A stretch of 64,000 nt of DNA from Eledone cirrhosa (lineage: Eukaryota): NCBI GenBank assembly GCA_964016885.1, contig OZ024748.1, positions 36,270,001-36,334,000 of the forward strand, in the 5' to 3' direction. The notes under the pieces were generated by a model. That model had not been told where the DNA came from. It made no database searches and saw nothing but the letters and a program-made list of their open reading frames with translations. Position numbers and translations under genes: made by a program. Of the stretch, positions 28,227 to 41,990 are shown piece after piece. How positions within the stretch are numbered: position 1 is the first letter of the stretch; every line of letters begins with the position of its first letter.

Positions 28227-28409
28227 ATTCCTACGTGAAGTGTGCCTCTTGATTCAGAACAAGATCGTCAAATCGAAAAAAAACTGCGATAGTGAAACGA
28301 GCCATCGACCCCAACTTTAGCGAGTCTTTCACTTTTAAGCTTTCTTCATCGTCACTGGACACAGCAAGCATAAGTGTTAGCACTATGCAGCATTTCACCG
28401 GAGCTAAAG
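28227..28409 (+). CDS. SYT15: Synaptotagmin-15-like exon (C2B middle), disrupted in this sequence by compensating -1/+1 indels
   Basis: Splice sites gatAG / GTtagt; phase 1-1. The restored peptide is DSYVKVCLLIQNKIVKSKKTAIVKRAIDPNFSESFTFKLSSSSLDTASISVSTMQHFTGAK; as written there is an in-frame TGA at 28250-28252. Confidence 0.82.
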
Positions 28410-28421
28410 GTTAGTTTACAG

Positions 28422-28717
28422 CACTAGTTCCCAACGTTTTGTGTACTATGACCCACCCAAACATCCTAAAAATTGTTATTCCCCTCACCCACTTTGATAT
28501 GAAAACATCAATGATTAACTAACTGCAAAGTGTAAACATATTAGTGGGGCCAGATGCACAAAAGGAGTTTCTGACAGTAATGTGTACCAAAGTTGCCTTG
28601 GTGTAAAGTAATAAAGTAAAACCGGAGGTTTGTTCTCATTAACATCATTTTCAAATGGTCCCCTTAAATATTCAAATTGCCCCTTATGGGGTGTGCACCC
28701 CACTTTGGGAATCACTG
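28422..28717. mobile_element. hAT (Charlie-like) MITE
   Basis: Imperfect TIRs CACTAGTTCCCAA / TTGGGAATCACTG and a perfect 8-bp TSD GTTTACAG (28414-28421, 28718-28725). Confidence 0.8.
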
Positions 28718-29135
28718 GTTTACAGTATAAACATTTCCTTTCGACTTACAACTGTTTTAAGTTTTCCTGTGAGCCTTTGTTAGTCTTTGTGTTGTATGAA
28801 ATGGGAAACTTTGCAATATAATATATATCTTAGGTCACTGTGGATTCTCATCTCGAATATCAAGCATTAATTTACTTGTAATTGATTCATTTTTTAAGAA
28901 ATTAAGACAAAGTATCTCATGTTAATTTGCATGTTGAAAAAGATGACTGTTTAATTACAAGCAGAGAACAACTGTAGACATACGTTGCAGTGTATTTCAC
29001 CTCGTCAGCAAACTACACTGACTACATTTCTTTTCAAAGATAGACTTTATTGTAAAGTATACTAAGAATTAACACTACCCTGTAGAAAAAGGTTAGTAAT
29101 AAGAGAGGGAGTGAGAAAAAGATATAGTGAAGGAA

Positions 29136-29283
29136 GTGCTGCACTGGTTCTTTATTTTATCAACTTTGAAAGTATGAATGGTAAAGGGTGACTTTGGTTG
29201 GATTTGAACGCAGAATGCAGAGAGTCTGAACGAATACAGTAAAGAGTCTTAACTGACATTCTAACAATTCTGCCATTAACACC
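29136..29283 (-). mobile_element. Decayed copy of the tRNA-derived SINE seen at 17372
   Basis: Reverse strand reads TGGCAGAATTGTTAG...GTTCAAATCC...CATTCATACTTTC...TTGATAAAATAAAGAACCAGT. Confidence 0.6.
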
Positions 29284-29399
29284 AACAAAGGACTAAAATA
29301 TAAATATAAATATAGCATTGTTTCCTTTAATATGCAATCCTGAAATATTCTATGAAATCGTTAAATGATATTGTCTCTGTTTATGCTTCCATTTTGCAG

Positions 29400-29524
29400 A
29401 TAAAATGATTGGACGAGTGGTTCTTGGATCCTTCATGTTTGCTCGGGGTCGAGAATTGGAACACTGGAATGAAATGTTAAGCAGCCAGAGGGATCAAATC
29501 AGTTACTGGCACTCTCTCACCTAA
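29400..29524 (+). CDS. SYT15: Synaptotagmin-15-like terminal coding exon: [41 protein letters not shown]
   Basis: Acceptor tgcAG; '[11 protein letters not shown]' and the terminal WHxL motif match the SYT15 C-terminus as recalled; TAA at 29522-29524. Confidence 0.92.
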
Positions 29525-29562
29525 AATATTGGCCTGTCACGGTTGACCTGCCACATTAGAGT

Positions 29563-29595
<33 letters not shown>

Positions 29596-29604
29596 GTAAA
29601 TATG

Positions 29605-29647
<43 letters not shown>

Positions 29648-29699
29648 ATATATGTATGTATATATATACATATATGTATATATATATATATATATATAC

Positions 29700-29738
<39 letters not shown>

Positions 29739-29783
29739 TATATATACATATATGTATATATATATATACATATATATACATAC

Positions 29784-29820
<37 letters not shown>

Positions 29821-29823
29821 TAA

Positions 29824-29874
<51 letters not shown>

Positions 29875-29973
29875 CATATATATATATATATATACCGACA
29901 TACCGCCTATGGAAGCATCTTAGCTACCAATAGACATATATATATACATATATATATATATACATATACATAT

Positions 29974-30021
<48 letters not shown>

Positions 30022-30042
30022 ACATATATGTATATATATATG

Positions 30043-30096
<54 letters not shown>

Positions 30097-30104
30097 CATA
30101 TACT

Positions 30105-30192
<88 letters not shown>

Positions 30193-30193
30193 G

Positions 30194-30230
<37 letters not shown>

Positions 30231-30463
30231 GTATATATATATATATACATATATATTTTATTTTTATTTGTTTGACCCGAATTACTTGGTCGTTTCTATG
30301 GCTATACGGATGACGGTTTAACCATCCTCTCAGTGTGTTTGGCCTTTAACGTATGTTGTAGCTCTGGTTCGTTAGAAGTATTGAGCGCTTGCCACACATC
30401 TCATAAGATGTTTTTCGCTAATTCAAAGCCGAAATACGCTTCTCGGTAATTTATATTTGTATA

Positions 30464-30495
<32 letters not shown>

Positions 30496-30496
30496 C

Positions 30497-30531
<35 letters not shown>

Positions 30532-30626
30532 CAATTATATACATATATATATATATGTATATATATATAAATATATGTCTAATGGTAGCTAGATGCTTCC
30601 ATGGGCGGTATGTTGGTATATATATT

Positions 30627-30670
<44 letters not shown>

Positions 30671-30716
30671 TGCAATGATATTAAATAAATGGAAACAATA
30701 GTTATAAAACCATATT

Positions 30717-30778
30717 TATTCTATTATATATATTTCAAGGGTACCAAAAACTTTGGTACGCTATCATCAGATAAAATA
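30717..30778 (-). ncRNA. Type I hammerhead ribozyme (AUA site)
   Basis: TATTTTAT-CTGATGA-tAGcGTACCAAA gtt TTTGGTACcCTt-GAAAT ATAT ATA-ATAGAATA. Confidence 0.82.
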
Positions 30779-30985
30779 CAAAATGTTTTATAAATATTTG
30801 ACATAACCAAGGATAATATACCTTAACGGTTCAAGATAATCAGTTATAAACATTTATATTTGTTGTATTTCCAACAAAATTAAATATCCCTTCTACTTAT
30901 ATATATATATATATGAATATATATAAATATATATATGTAATATATATATATATATATGTATATATAAATATGGTATATATATAAG

Positions 30986-31097
<112 letters not shown>

Positions 31098-31104
31098 CAA
31101 AGGA

Positions 31105-31288
31105 ATTGTGGTAAGGAACCAGATGGACCATAAAGCACCAGAGTACTCAATACTTAGGGTAATAGGAAAAAGTATGACCCCGAAGGCAGAGCTCAAGCCA
31201 TTTCAACGGCTATTTCTGGACTAAATTAGAATTTTTAGCCGTCGAAATGGCTTGAGCTCTTCCGTCGGGGTCAGACTTTTTCCTATAT
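31105..31288 (-). repeat. ~125-bp hairpin module with shared 3' tail (family also at 22067-22285, 33879-34065, 38585-38670)
   Basis: ATAGGAAAAAGT..GACCCCGA..AGAGCTCAAGCCATTTC..CGGCTA is inverted; the common tail is CCCTAAGTATTGAGTACTCTGGTG..TTATGGTCCATCTGGTTCCTTACCAC. Confidence 0.8.
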
Positions 31289-31291
31289 ATG

Positions 31292-31340
<49 letters not shown>

Positions 31341-31604
31341 ATAATAAATTTGAAGACTAAAATCCAATATAAGATTAAATATATATCAAACATATAAGAA
31401 CCGTAGAGCAAATATTTATTAAAATACATACATACTTATGTACATACACACACGCACACATATATATATACATACATATATATACATGTGTGTGTGTATG
31501 TATGTGTAAATATATATATGTATGTGTACGTGTGTGAGCGTGTATGTGTAAATGTACATATATATGTGTGCGTGCATGTATGTTAGAGATAAAAATAATA
31601 ATAA

Positions 31605-31695
31605 TAGGTACATGAAACAAATAGGGATTGCAATACAGATGGAACACTTCCAAAAAACAGTATTGCTTGGATCCTATATTCCGGAAAGATCCCGA
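31605..31695 (+). mobile_element. Possible 3' tip of a restriction-like-endonuclease (R4/Dong-type) LINE
   Basis: [21 protein letters not shown] resembles the terminal 'LQK..LLG...ILRK' motif and follows a (TAA)n run; very short. Confidence 0.4.
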
Positions 31696-31699
31696 AAAA

Positions 31700-33747
31700 T
31701 AAGGAGTGTTAAGTCAGTCCACTGTAATACATCTCCAGTGTTAGAAGCTGAGATAAGAGGTGTTACCTCAGTTCACTGTAATACATCTCTAGTGTTAGAA
31801 TGTGAGATAAGAGGTGTTACCTCAGTTCACTGTAATACATCTCCAGTCTTAGAAGCTGAGATAAGGGGTGTTACCTCAATCCACTGTAATACATCTCTAG
31901 TGTTAGAAGCTGAGATAAGGGGTGTTACCTCAGTTCATTGTAATACATCTCTAGTGTTAGAAGCTGAGATAAGGGGTGTTACCTCAGTCCACTGAAATAC
32001 ATCTCCAGTGTTAGAAGCTGAGATAAGGGGTGTTACCTCAGTCCACTGTAATACATCTCTAGTGTTAGAAGCTGAGATAAGATGTGTTACCTCAGTTCAC
32101 TGTAATACATCTCTAGAGTTGGAAGCTGAGATAAGGGGTGTTACCTCAGTCCACTGTAATACATCTCCAGTATTAGAAGCTGAGATAAGGGGTGTTACCT
32201 GAGTCCACTGTAATACATCTCCAGTGTTAAAAGCTGAGATAAGGGGTGTTACCTCAGTTCACTGTAATACATCTCTAGAGTTGGAAGCTGAGATAAAGGT
32301 TGTTATCTCAGTCCACTGTAATACATCTCCAGTATTAGAAGCTGAGATAAGGGGTGTTACTTCAGTCCACTGTAATACATCTCTAGAGTTGGAAGCTGAG
32401 ATAAGGGGTGTTACCTCAGTCGACTGTAATACATCTTCAGTGTTAGAAGCTGAGATAAGGGGTGTTACCTCAGTCGACTGTAATACATCTCTAGTGTTAG
32501 AAGCTTAGATAAGGGGTGTTACCTCAGTCCACTGTAATACATCTTCAGTGTTAGAAGCTGAGATAAGGGGTGTTACCTCAGTTGACTGTAATACATCTCT
32601 AGTATTAGAAGCTGAGATAAGGGGTGTTACCTCAGTCCACTGTAATACATCTCTAGTGTTAGAAGCTGAGATAAGGGGTGTTACCTCAGTTCACTGTAAT
32701 ACATCTCCAGTGTTAGAAGTTGAGATAAGGGGTGTTATCTCAGTCCACTGTAATACATCTCCAGTGTTAGAAGCTGAGATAAGGGGTGTTACCTCAGTCC
32801 ACTGTAATACATCTCCATTGTTAGAAACTGAGATAAGGGGTATTACCTCAGTCCACTGTAATACATCTCTAGATTTGGAAGCTGAGATAAGGGGTGTTAC
32901 CTCAGTCCGCTGTAATACATCTCCAGTGTTAGATGCTGAGATAAGGGATGTTACCTCAGCCCACTGTAATATATCTTTAGTGTTAGAAGCTGGGATAAGG
33001 GGTGTTACCTCAGTCCACTGTAATACATCTCCAGTGTTAGAAGCTGAGATAAGAGGTGTTACCTCAGATCACTGTAATACATCTCTAGTGTAGAAGCTGA
33101 GATAAGGGGTGTTACCTCAGTCCACTGTAATACATCCCCAGCGTTAGAAGCTGAGATAAGAGGTGTTATCTCAGTTCACTGTAATACATCTCTAGAGTTG
33201 GAAGCTGAGATAAGGGGTGTTACCTCAGTACACTGGTAGAGGCCAGCTAACACTGTAATACATCTCCAGTGTTAGAAGCTGAGATAAGGGGTGTTACCTC
33301 AATTCACTCTAATACATCTCTAGAGTTGGAAGCTAAGATAAGGGGTGTTACCTCAGTCCACTGTAATACATCTCTAGAGTTGGAAGCTGAGATAATGGGT
33401 GTTACCTCAGTCCACTGTAATACATCTCTAGTGTTAGAAGCTGAGATAATGGGTGTTACTTCAGTCCACTGTAATACATCTCTAGTGTTAGAAGCTGAGA
33501 TAAGGGGTGTTACCTCAGTCCACTGTAATACATCTCTAGTGTTGGGAGCTGAGATAAGGGGTGTTAACTCAGTCCACTGTAATACATCACTAGAGTTAGA
33601 AGCTGAGATAAGGGGTGTTATCTCAGTCCACTGAAATACATCTCCAGTGTTAGAAACTGAGATAAGGTGTGTTATCTCAGTCCACTGTAATATATCTCTA
33701 GTGTTAGAAGCTGAGATAAGGGGTGTTACATCAGTCCACTGTAATAC
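31700..33747. repeat. 54-bp minisatellite, ~38 copies (GTCCACTGTAATACATCTCTAGTGTTAGAAGCTGAGATAAGGGGTGTTACCTCA)
   Basis: Unit read directly; the 18-aa periodic ORFs are a by-product. Confidence 0.97.
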
Positions 33748-34074
33748 GGAGTATTCACAACCTCTAACTAGATTACCTATAAATTGTTATCCCTTATATA
33801 TATTAATATATATAATTATACATTAATATATATATATATATTAATATATATATATATATATATATTAATATATATATATAGGAAAATGTTTGTCCACGAC
33901 GGCAGACTTCAAGCCGCTTCGACGGCTATTCCTGGAGTACAGAAATAGCGTCGAAACTGCTTGAGCTCTGTCGTCGGGGTCAAATTTTTTCCTATTACAA
34001 ACTCTAGTACCCTAAGTATTGAGTACTCTGGTGCGTTATGGTCCATCTGGTTCCTTACCACACCTCCTTCGTTA

Positions 34075-34129
<55 letters not shown>

Positions 34130-34134
<5 letters not shown>

Positions 34135-36661
34135 TTTCAATATTTGTTTAGCAAGATTCTTTATCTGAAAACGTGTGTTGAAACCGATATTGTCATACTT
34201 TGGGAGGGTCATGTTGCCAATAAGAAACACACGCACCCGTTGCTTTCACTTCAATTTATTATAATAAATTTATAAATTTAGGAATTTATAAATTTCCGGT
34301 TGGTTGGTTGGTTCCACAACCAGATGGTTGTTTATATATTGTCAAAGTTCTTTCGTCACACATTGCCGTCGCAGGTCGATGAACAAATAGAAGCACAATT
34401 TAGTATAGCTAGATCTAAACTTAGAAATATTATATGATGTGGACGAATATAAAGCAGCCCAACAAAAGGACTGCCAACAACTTCCAGGCCTGGAACAATG
34501 ACGTGCCAGCGTTGTATGGGCTTCGAAAAGATCATAAAACGGGCAGTGACCCTGTCACGGGACCACCAACACGGCCAGTCTGTGGAGCTAACATTGCTAG
34601 TAACTACAGACTGTCCTACTTCCTCTCCCTGATCATACGCCCCATCATTGAAATGTTCCCAGATGTATGTGACAGCACGGAGGACCTCCTCAGCAGAATC
34701 GGCGAGAGTAACCGATCTAGGGACCTAACAAACTGCATAATAGGTAGTATGGATGTTGTGTCCCTGTATCCATCTATTGACGTGGATTTTGCTGTGGAGA
34801 AATGCGTAGAAATGATCAGTTAGAGCAATGTTGAGTTCCGTGGGATTGATACCAGTGAGCTAGGACACCTACTTAAACTTACCTATAGTAATAATTACCT
34901 AGACACATATGACCTTAGCAACCTGTGCCCTACAAGACCAGCAAGAGGCAGAGCACCTACCATTACCTCAATGGCAAAGAAAACCCACACAGATAGATGG
35001 AACTGGTGGACCAGAGCCATACGCACACCCGAAAACCACGATGAACTAAAGAAAATGATTGCACATGCGGTGGGGGCCAGCATAAAATTAACCCTTAAGG
35101 AACATATGTTTAAATTTAATGGAAAAACATATGCCCAAGAGGAAGGAGCAGCCATTGGTGTTAGCATTGCAGGCGACATAGCTAACTTATTCATGGTATG
35201 GTGGGACAGTAGACTTAAACTTAAACTTAAAGAACAATTAGAAGACCCCTTAACCCTGATAATATACTCCCGCTAAGTTGATGATATAAACATCATAGTT
35301 AAACCACCACCACTAGAGAACAGTCAGGAATTAGAGAAAAACGCAATGGAAAGCATCCAGCAAATAGCTAACTCCATCCACCAGAGTATTAGAGTTACTA
35401 TAGACTATATAAGCAAACTCCCCAACCATCGATTACCCGTACTAGACACAGAGCTCTGGTTAGATACCATTAATAACAAAAAACAAATCCTCCATTCCCA
35501 TTATGCCAAACCCATGACTTCCAAATACCTGATCCACCGAAACTGAGCTGTTTCGGACCATACCAAAATCAACATACTGATTGCGGATTTGGTACGGGTG
35601 ATGAGAAACGTGTCCCGCATGTGCAACCCCGAAGACCTAGAGAGACACATACGACACTTCATCCACCGTATGCAGTTCTCTGGTTACAATCAGAGAGATA
35701 AAATCAGAGTGTATAGAGGAGCCAGAACCAAATGGAAAAAAATGGTAAATAATGACACAAATGGGACCTGCCCCTTGTATAGGAGCAAATTTTGGAATAG
35801 AATAGAAAGAACTAGGAATAAGGCTAATAGGTATGATAGCAATAAATACCAGAGTGTAATGTTCATCGATACAACCCCTAGAGGTGAATTAGCTTACAAA
35901 TTTAGAAGGGCCCTAGATAAACATAAACTCAATATTAAGATAGTAGAAAGACCAGGTACCTCCGTAAAAACACTTATTAGCAAGACATGCCCTTTTCAAA
36001 GACCCCCTGTATAGATAAGAAATGTATAACCTGTAAATTAAGCCCCCATATTAACTGTAAAACTAGAAATGTAGTATATAGCATAAGATGTACTGAAGGA
36101 CAATGTAGAGACAAAAATATAGTGTACATAGATGAGACAGCTCGTAGTATAGCGGAACGGATAAATGAACACTGGCGAGACTTTCAAGATAGTAAAGAAT
36201 CATCTGTACTCTACCAACATGCTAAAATAGAACATAAGGGTAGATTAGAGAACAGAAATAAAAATAGAATCTACACACAGAAAAGACGCAATGTTTAGAC
36301 AAATCACAGAGGCAATAAACATAAAAGAATTACAACCAAAATTAAATAGAAAACATGAGTGGAACAGTAACATCACAACTTATAATTAAGGACAAAATGA
36401 AAACACACACGCACATAGAACAAACAAACAACCTGTAACATGTAAATAAACAAATAAATAAACGAATATAAACACACACAGACACCCGGATGTGGCGCAT
36501 GCGCAGACTGAGCACACAACACACACACAGAAACAAGATGGCGTAGGACAGAACAAAGGAGAGGAACAAAAACAAAGAAAAGAATCCCCAGTCACTGAAG
36601 AGGTCACAGAATGTGTGACGAAAGAACTTTGACAATATATAAACAACCATCTTATACAAAC

Positions 36662-36665
<4 letters not shown>
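34130..36665 (+). mobile_element. Decayed, 5'-truncated Penelope-like element (Neptune-like RT + GIY-YIG) with HHR-bearing 3' end and inverted 3' piece at its 5' side
   Basis: PALYGLRKDHK, TRPVCG, GSMDVVSLYPSI, GAAIG, R*VDDI, LPVLD, then CxxC..CKTRNVVYSIRC..YIDETARSIAERINEH; several stops and frameshifts. 34322-34363 is the reverse complement of 36610-36652. Clade assignment is tentative. Confidence 0.88.
36591..36633 (+). ncRNA. Minimal type I hammerhead in the PLE 3' end
   Basis: GTCA-CTGAAGA-g-GTCACA gaatg TGTGAC-GAAAG AA CTT-TGAC. Confidence 0.8.
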
Positions 36666-36718
<53 letters not shown>

Positions 36719-36766
36719 TATATATATATTAATATATATATATTAATATATATATATATATATATA

Positions 36767-38005
<1,239 letters not shown>

Positions 38006-38013
<8 letters not shown>

Positions 38014-38577
38014 ATAAATTAACGGAGCGATAGACTCTCGCTATTCCCTGTCAATAATGTGCTCAAGGGAGAAGGAATCCTGAGCTCTTTAAAATACAAT
38101 ATGTTGAAAAGGTGACACACCAGAGAGAGATATACAGTACGCTATCAATAAGACAGGAAAAACCACCAGTGTATGGAATCTATAACCTATGAAAGGCAGA
38201 CTATAGACACGATAATTAAAAATATATATTAAAGTGTAAATACACACCTCTATAACTATATAACACACGTACAAATCCAAAGAGATCTGTTTCGCCAATA
38301 AATTGTTGACAGAAACGAAATAACCCAGGTTCATCAGCGTGTGTAAGGCTATGCATTTCAGACAACTGTAAGAGAATTTAAAGCGACTGTCCAGCTACAC
38401 GATGGGAGATTGAAGTCACAGCGTGTTTTAGGGCAGGGAACCAGTGGTGTCTGAGGGACGTGCTGCTAGAAAGGGCAGTCCAAAACAACTCAGAGATGTG
38501 TGCTCAACCAAACAGAGAGAGAGGAAAGACTGTTATAAGGAGCGAAATATCATGATAAATTAACGGAGCCATAGACT
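38006..38577 (-). mobile_element. ~540-bp retrozyme-like monomer with ~30-bp terminal direct repeat and one hammerhead (38263-38344)
   Basis: Repeat ATATCA(C/T)GATAAATTAACGGAGC(G/C)ATAGACT at both ends; HHR ACACACG-CTGATGA-...GTCAA..TTGGC-GAA-ACAGATC..GATTTGT-A-CGTGTGT. Confidence 0.8.
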
Positions 38578-38697
38578 TACTTACTTTTTCCTATTACCCA
38601 CTCTACTACCCTAAGTATTGAGTACTCTGGTGTGTTATGGTCCATCTGGTTCCTTACCACAACTCCTTCGTTATATATATATATATATATATATATT

Positions 38698-38878
38698 AAT
38701 ATAGAAAGGCTTCTACAGTTCTAGAACTGTTTCATTCGAGTGAAATCATCGTGATGATTGCTCCCGAATGAAACAGTTCTAGACCTGTAGAAGCCTTTCT
38801 ATATCAAATATTTATACTCTGCTTTGTATTGAGTACTTTACTTACTGTGGTTTCTCCCGATTGAACCCGGGATAAACT
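38698..38878 (+). mobile_element. Fold-back copy of the HHR family seen at 57974, inverted at the ribozyme core
   Basis: Palindrome ~38698-38803 centred on ATCATCGTGATGAT; right arm reads TGATGA..GAATGAAACAGTTCTAGACCTGTAGAA; tail homologous to 58045-58108. Confidence 0.75.
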
Positions 38879-39180
38879 TATATATATATATATGTGTATA
38901 TATATATTAATATATATATGTATATTTATATTTATATATATATTAATATATATTAATATATATATATATATGTAAATATATATTTATATATATACTAATA
39001 TATATATATATATGTGTGTATATATGTATATATGTATATATATATATTTATATATTTATATATATACGTATATATGGGTACATATGTATATATATATATA
39101 TATATATTCATGTATATATATATATGTATGTATATATATATGCATGTAGCTATATATGCATGTATATATATGTATATATA

Positions 39181-39281
<101 letters not shown>

Positions 39282-39391
39282 ATATATGTATATATATATA
39301 TTCATGTATATATATGTATACATATATATGTATATATATATACATATATATGTATATTATATATTTATTGTATATACGTATATATATATAC

Positions 39392-39422
<31 letters not shown>

Positions 39423-39749
39423 AAAGATAACCTTGAATAGTAATTTCTATCTTTTAAAAGGCCACAACGTTAGTGGGAGAGAACAGTGGATTAAATTGAT
39501 CCTGTATATGTCCAAGTAGCAGTTACCCACAATATATAACTGGTTACAGTTAACCCCAATTTATAACTGGTAGCTCTTCTCTTGATACCGAACTAGTGTT
39601 CATTTGAAAAACAGCACTTAAAGAAATGCACATTTGTATATACATACATATGTATATACATGTGTATATACATACTTGCCTTCACTCTTGCATACATGCA
39701 CACACACACACACATATATATATATAGATATGTATACATACACACAAAC

Positions 39750-39842
<93 letters not shown>

Positions 39843-39844
39843 AG

Positions 39845-39883
<39 letters not shown>

Positions 39884-40117
39884 ATGTGTGTATATATATG
39901 TATATGCATATATATATATGTATGTGTATATATATATATATGTGTAGTGTATGTGTATATATATATGTATGTGTATATATATGTGTATATATGTGTGTAT
40001 ATATATATATACATATATATATATGTATATATATATATACATACACATGTATATATATATATATATATATACGTAGATATATATATGTAGATATATATAT
40101 ATACATATATATGCATA

Positions 40118-40152
<35 letters not shown>

Positions 40153-40270
40153 GAAAGGTATAGAAAACATTGTAGCAAAAAGTATTCCATAATATATAAG
40201 TGACTATAGCGTCAAAATGGGAAAAATAGTTAACGTAAGATGTGGGGAAAAAAAATATATATATATATAT

Positions 40271-40811
40271 GTAGATAAATCTACCAAGAGTTTACGGTAG
40301 TGTCCAATCCGTATGAAGAACTCAATGTATTCCGGATATCATGGAAAGAAGAGATGTAATGAAAAACCACTTTCGGTGAAAGATAAACGGTATACAGAGT
40401 CAAGATAAAATATTAAACAAATAATGAATAAACAATTCCTTATATTAAACAAAAAAAGTTCATTATTTAACGATCGTTTCTAGGATATATATGTGTGATA
40501 GAATTGGTATGCATATTCAACAGATCTATGTACAAAATTATACAAAATTATACAAATTATCAAGATTAAATATACATACCAAACACATATATACGCCGTC
40601 TTCAGAAATATTTCTGAAGACGGCGTATATATGTGTTTGGTATGTATATTTAATCTTGATAATTTGTATAATTTTGTATAATTTTGTACATAGATCTGTT
40701 GAATATGCATACCAATTCTATCACACATATATATCCTAGAAACGATCGTTAAATAATGAACTTTTTTTGTTTAATATAAGGAATTGTTTATTCATTATTT
40801 GTTTAATATTT

Positions 40812-40814
<3 letters not shown>
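40271..40814. mobile_element. PLE 3'-end fragment forming a spacer-less 410-bp palindrome (40405-40814) with two divergent long-stem-II HHRs
   Basis: Identical ORFs on both strands (40480-40728, 40491-40739); centre TCTTCAGAAAT|ATTTCTGAAGA. Confidence 0.92.
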
Positions 40815-40846
<32 letters not shown>

Positions 40847-40897
40847 ATATGCATATATATATATATATATATGTATATATATGCATATGCATATAAA

Positions 40898-40940
<43 letters not shown>

Positions 40941-41821
40941 CCCAAGATTTATATGGTTCGTTGATTATTCAACGAATAGAAATTTACAATAGATTAGAAG
41001 CAGTCGACAGAATTTTTGGTGGAGTATTTAATATTATTCAAAATATTAATAAATGAAAAATATTCTCATAATCAAAATATATATTTCATTATACATATTT
41101 AAGTAGGTTTTCATCAGATGAAATATATAAGATTGGATATGCGACATACCGCTAATAAAATATAAAAAAATAAAAAAATTATAATAATCTAGAATGAACT
41201 AAATTAAATTAAATTAATTTAAACATATAAATTTGTAATTAAATAAAATATGTGATTGCTATAGAAAGTAATCTATGCCTAATAATCTGGATACAATATA
41301 AACTTATAATTAACTAAAGCCTAATCCAATACAAGCGGTATTCACTGATAAATATGAAAACATTTTTAATTTCTAATTTTGTCTAGCATTTGAATACAAT
41401 GGTTTTTTATTCTCCGCTCTATTTCATTCTTTTTTTTTCCTCTTCTTCGTTTTTTCTTTATTCCCCTTATTTTTTCTTTTTTCTTTTTTCTTTTTTCTTT
41501 TTTCTTTTTTCTTTTTTCTTTTTTCTCCCCGCATCTTCCCTTTCTTCTGTTTTTATTCCCCTTTTTTCTCTCTACATCTTCTTTTTCTTCTTTTCTTCAT
41601 TTATTTATTTATTTATTTATTATTTATTTCCCTTCTTTTTCTTCGTATCTTCCATCTCAACTCCCCTTCTATATTTCTACCTTACTCTACGTCCTCTTCG
41701 TCTCTAAGTTTATCATATTATTTATGGTATAAAAACGTTGAGGGTTGGTGAAATAAATCACTGCCATTATTGGAATTGAATAATCAAAACCGTAGCGGTA
41801 TTTCGCATATCCAATCTTATA

Positions 41822-41884
41822 TATTTTATCTGATGAAAACGTACTTAAACACCATTGTACCTTTGAAATATGTATAATAAAATA
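41822..41884 (+). ncRNA. Type I hammerhead ribozyme (AUA site); internally deleted inverted partner near 41082-41126
   Basis: TATTTTAT-CTGATGA-AAAcGTAC..GTACcTTT-GAAAT ATGT ATA-ATAAAATA; arms ~41033-41154 / ~41793-41933. Confidence 0.8.
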
Positions 41885-41936
41885 CATATTTTGATTATGA
41901 GAATATTTTTCATTTATTAATATTTTGAATAATTTG

Positions 41937-41990
<54 letters not shown>

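Noticed and set aside
28250-28252. In-frame TGA as selenocysteine or readthrough in the SYT15-like exon
   Set aside because: The surrounding residues match the C2B pattern only in the shifted frame, so paired indels explain it better.
30275-30450. Possible hammerhead on the minus strand (CTGAGAGG...GAAACGACC)
   Set aside because: The core lacks a nucleotide and I could not form stem I or an NUH junction.
31552-33634. Repeat protein (VHCNTSLVLEAEIRGVTS)n
   Set aside because: Interrupted by stops and frameshifts; no splice or start evidence; explained by a 54-bp minisatellite.
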